DNA from: Chlorokybus atmophyticus
Taxonomy: Eukaryota > Plantae > Mesostigma and Chlorokybus algae
Direction of reading: 5' to 3'
DNA: 25,185 nt
Assembly (NCBI GenBank): GCA_009103225.1
Contig: RHPI01003728.1
Span: forward strand, 248,602-273,786
Each line of letters opens with the position of its first letter. The first letter of the stretch is position 1. Positions 22,812 through 25,185 of the stretch are shown piece after piece. The position numbers were made by a program, and so were the translations under genes. Under the pieces are notes generated by a model. It did no database searches, had not been told where the DNA came from, and saw only the letters and a list, made by a program, of their open reading frames with translations.

Positions 22812-24024
22812 TCGCGGCTTGAGGCTTGGCTTGGCCGTCGCTTTCCACTTCAAGCTGGTGCTGTACCCTAAGCCAATCACCGCCTAGACTACCACGTGGC
22901 GTTGGTTCATGAGTCATGCAGCACGAGGCCGACGTCAGCCTCCCGCTGAAGTGACTCACCTTTCATCGACCCTCAGCCTCAGGGCCTCATGTGACCTGAG
23001 TCAGGCACAGTGAAGCAGCTCTGCATACTTGAGGCTTAACTGAACATGTTTAACATATGTCAATGTCCAGCAATTGGCATATGACTCAGATCAAGGTTCT
23101 TGTGTGGTGTTGGTGGGTATGCTTGCTGTGTTATCAATTTGAATTATGGTATACTAATATCAATCTTGTGTCACATCATCATCATCTAACAATGTACTCG
23201 CAACCTTATTCATTATACTACGTTACGCAGTTGTGATTCACATGTACCATACAATATTTCATGCCACAAACTAAACCCGGGTGTTTTTGTTATTCAAATC
23301 ATATCCTCAAATATGGCATCATTGTTTGGTAGCTAAGTGGATACTTGTAAACGATTAATATCAGCATCCCGTATTTGTTTACTCGTTAAACTTAATAACT
23401 TCATGCACACGAACACGACCTACCATGGTATGTTAAGCACTTAGATGAGTCAATAAAAGTCCGAGCAACATCTTGCAAAGAAAGCGGAAAAAAACATTTC
23501 ACCCTTCAGCCAAAGGCACACTGTAATCCAGCGGGCGCACACATACATAATATCGTACACATGCAAGAATTGTTTACCACACGGGATGGTATTGGGAGCC
23601 TTTCAACACTTGTACCACATGCGACTTCCAGCTAGGCACATATTATGTGCAAAGCTAACTGACCTTATCTGCGCGATGTATTTGTCAAGTGGGGAGAAAT
23701 GTCACACCAATGCAGTCAGCAAGAGTCACTTCTTATTATAAAAAGGCGGCAATTCTTGCAATGAGGACTTACTAAGGATCTCGGTTGTTAACACCTCAAG
23801 TGCTTGGTTGATGCGCTCATGTGGTTTGGTTCATGTCTCGTGAAGCCATTGGCATATAACCTCGCAAAGCATGCATGTGGGCTAGCACGTAACCGGTCCA
23901 TGCCTATAATCCTTAAGTAAGAAAATGAAGTTCAATTGCTAGTTGTCTTTGCCATGAATTGGTTTTTTCTCCACCCCAGCAAAAGGGGGGAGAATGTGTG
24001 TGTGTGGGGGGGGGGGGGGGGGGG

Positions 24025-24520
24025 NNNNNNNNNNNNNNNNNNNNNNNNNNNNNNNNNNNNNNNNNNNNNNNNNNNNNNNNNNNNNNNNNNNNNNNNNNNN
24101 NNNNNNNNNNNNNNNNNNNNNNNNNNNNNNNNNNNNNNNNNNNNNNNNNNNNNNNNNNNNNNNNNNNNNNNNNNNNNNNNNNNNNNNNNNNNNNNNNNNN
24201 NNNNNNNNNNNNNNNNNNNNNNNNNNNNNNNNNNNNNNNNNNNNNNNNNNNNNNNNNNNNNNNNNNNNNNNNNNNNNNNNNNNNNNNNNNNNNNNNNNNN
24301 NNNNNNNNNNNNNNNNNNNNNNNNNNNNNNNNNNNNNNNNNNNNNNNNNNNNNNNNNNNNNNNNNNNNNNNNNNNNNNNNNNNNNNNNNNNNNNNNNNNN
24401 NNNNNNNNNNNNNNNNNNNNNNNNNNNNNNNNNNNNNNNNNNNNNNNNNNNNNNNNNNNNNNNNNNNNNNNNNNNNNNNNNNNNNNNNNNNNNNNNNNNN
24501 NNNNNNNNNNNNNNNNNNNN
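24025..24520. other. Assembly gap (496 N) preceded by a G19 run
   Basis: Read directly. Confidence 0.99.
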
Positions 24521-25141
24521 AATGTCAGCGCCTCGCCGTGCACGCGCATGCGCTTGACGGTCGCTTTGAGAGTGACCACCTGCATTTGGTAATGCTGTAA
24601 GAGTGGCGTGCTGCCAGAGGACTAGCCCATCAGCATACACACGCTTACCTCGTCTTCCGCTTTGTTGCACTCCGCCGGGCAGACAGTCAGCCTGCCGCGC
24701 TGCTCTTGGTTCACTCTGACCAACATGGCAATCTGCAAGCGTACTGCTTAATTACCGCTGGAAACATTAAACTAGGTCATAGATTACCCGTTCGTTTGAC
24801 TCCGCAGCTTCTCTTTTGCGACTTGTGAGCTCCCGCAAGTAGAAATAGGCTGTGCATTTGCGAGATTGGTCATGCTGTTCATGTGCATGACACTGGAGGT
24901 TGTGCATGAGGGTGTGCATGTCGTATTGACAATGTATGTCAAGTGCAAGATACTTGAGGCTGTGCATGTGCAAGATAAAAGAACCCTAGCATGTGGCATT
25001 GACAGTGCATCGTAACCCACCTTGGTTATGCCAGTCTTGTTTGGTCCCTTCAATCATGTCGCCGTGGTTGCAGCTGCTGGTGGGTCGGATTTTCTTAGAG
25101 GCAGTATTGTGGTGTGCCTTTGCCCACTCGGATGGGGAGCC
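24521..25141 (-). CDS. Partial spliced gene of unknown function, possibly coiled-coil, entering from beyond the window and running into the gap
   Basis: Good splice sites on the minus strand (AAG|GTGGGT at 25020, CGG|GTAATC at 24787, GAG|GTAAGC at 24648). One phase-consistent chain (25141-25021, 24849-24788, 24732-24649, 24579-24521) gives GSPSEWAKAH...DWHNQ-AYFYLRELTSRKREAAESNER-IAMLVRVNQEQRGRLTVCPAECNKAEDE-VVTLKATVKRMRVHGEALT. It needs a 55-nt intron, shorter than any other here, and alternative chains also work. Confidence 0.45.
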
Positions 25142-25185
25142 CTGTAAGATATCGCCCGAGTCACTGTTGTCATTGGATGTGCCCT

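Noticed and set aside
23932-24670. Long ORFs across gap 2 (and 11628-12303 across gap 1)
   Set aside because: Their length is made of N codons.

Overview
Eukaryotic, intron-rich nuclear DNA, most consistent with a green alga (plant-type SYP7 and ATG14 sequences; TGTAA found downstream of most stop codons). The ORF track is largely uninformative because the genes are spliced, so I rebuilt exon chains by hand and required consistent reading phase. Six complete models result: an unknown ~690-aa protein (-, 1212-5382, 15 exons), a TMEM53/DUF829 alpha/beta-hydrolase (+, 6436-8668), a small mitoribosomal mL60/mL63-like protein whose spliced product is not in the ORF track (-, 9416-10301), a YLPM1/ZAP3-like P-loop protein with a KKRVRW PP1-docking motif (-, 13692-17289), a SYP7-family Qc-SNARE (+, 17948-19770) and a plant-type ATG14 (-, 20232-22811). 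A probable seventh gene runs into the second gap. Other features: a 594-bp (CT)n tract, two G-run-flanked assembly gaps, two probable GC-AG introns, and two interleaved perfect 10-bp inverted repeats with H-type pseudoknot topology at 12166-12226 in an unannotated region. I found no convincing new multi-gene system. All family assignments come from motif recall, not database searches, and all splice models need RNA-seq.
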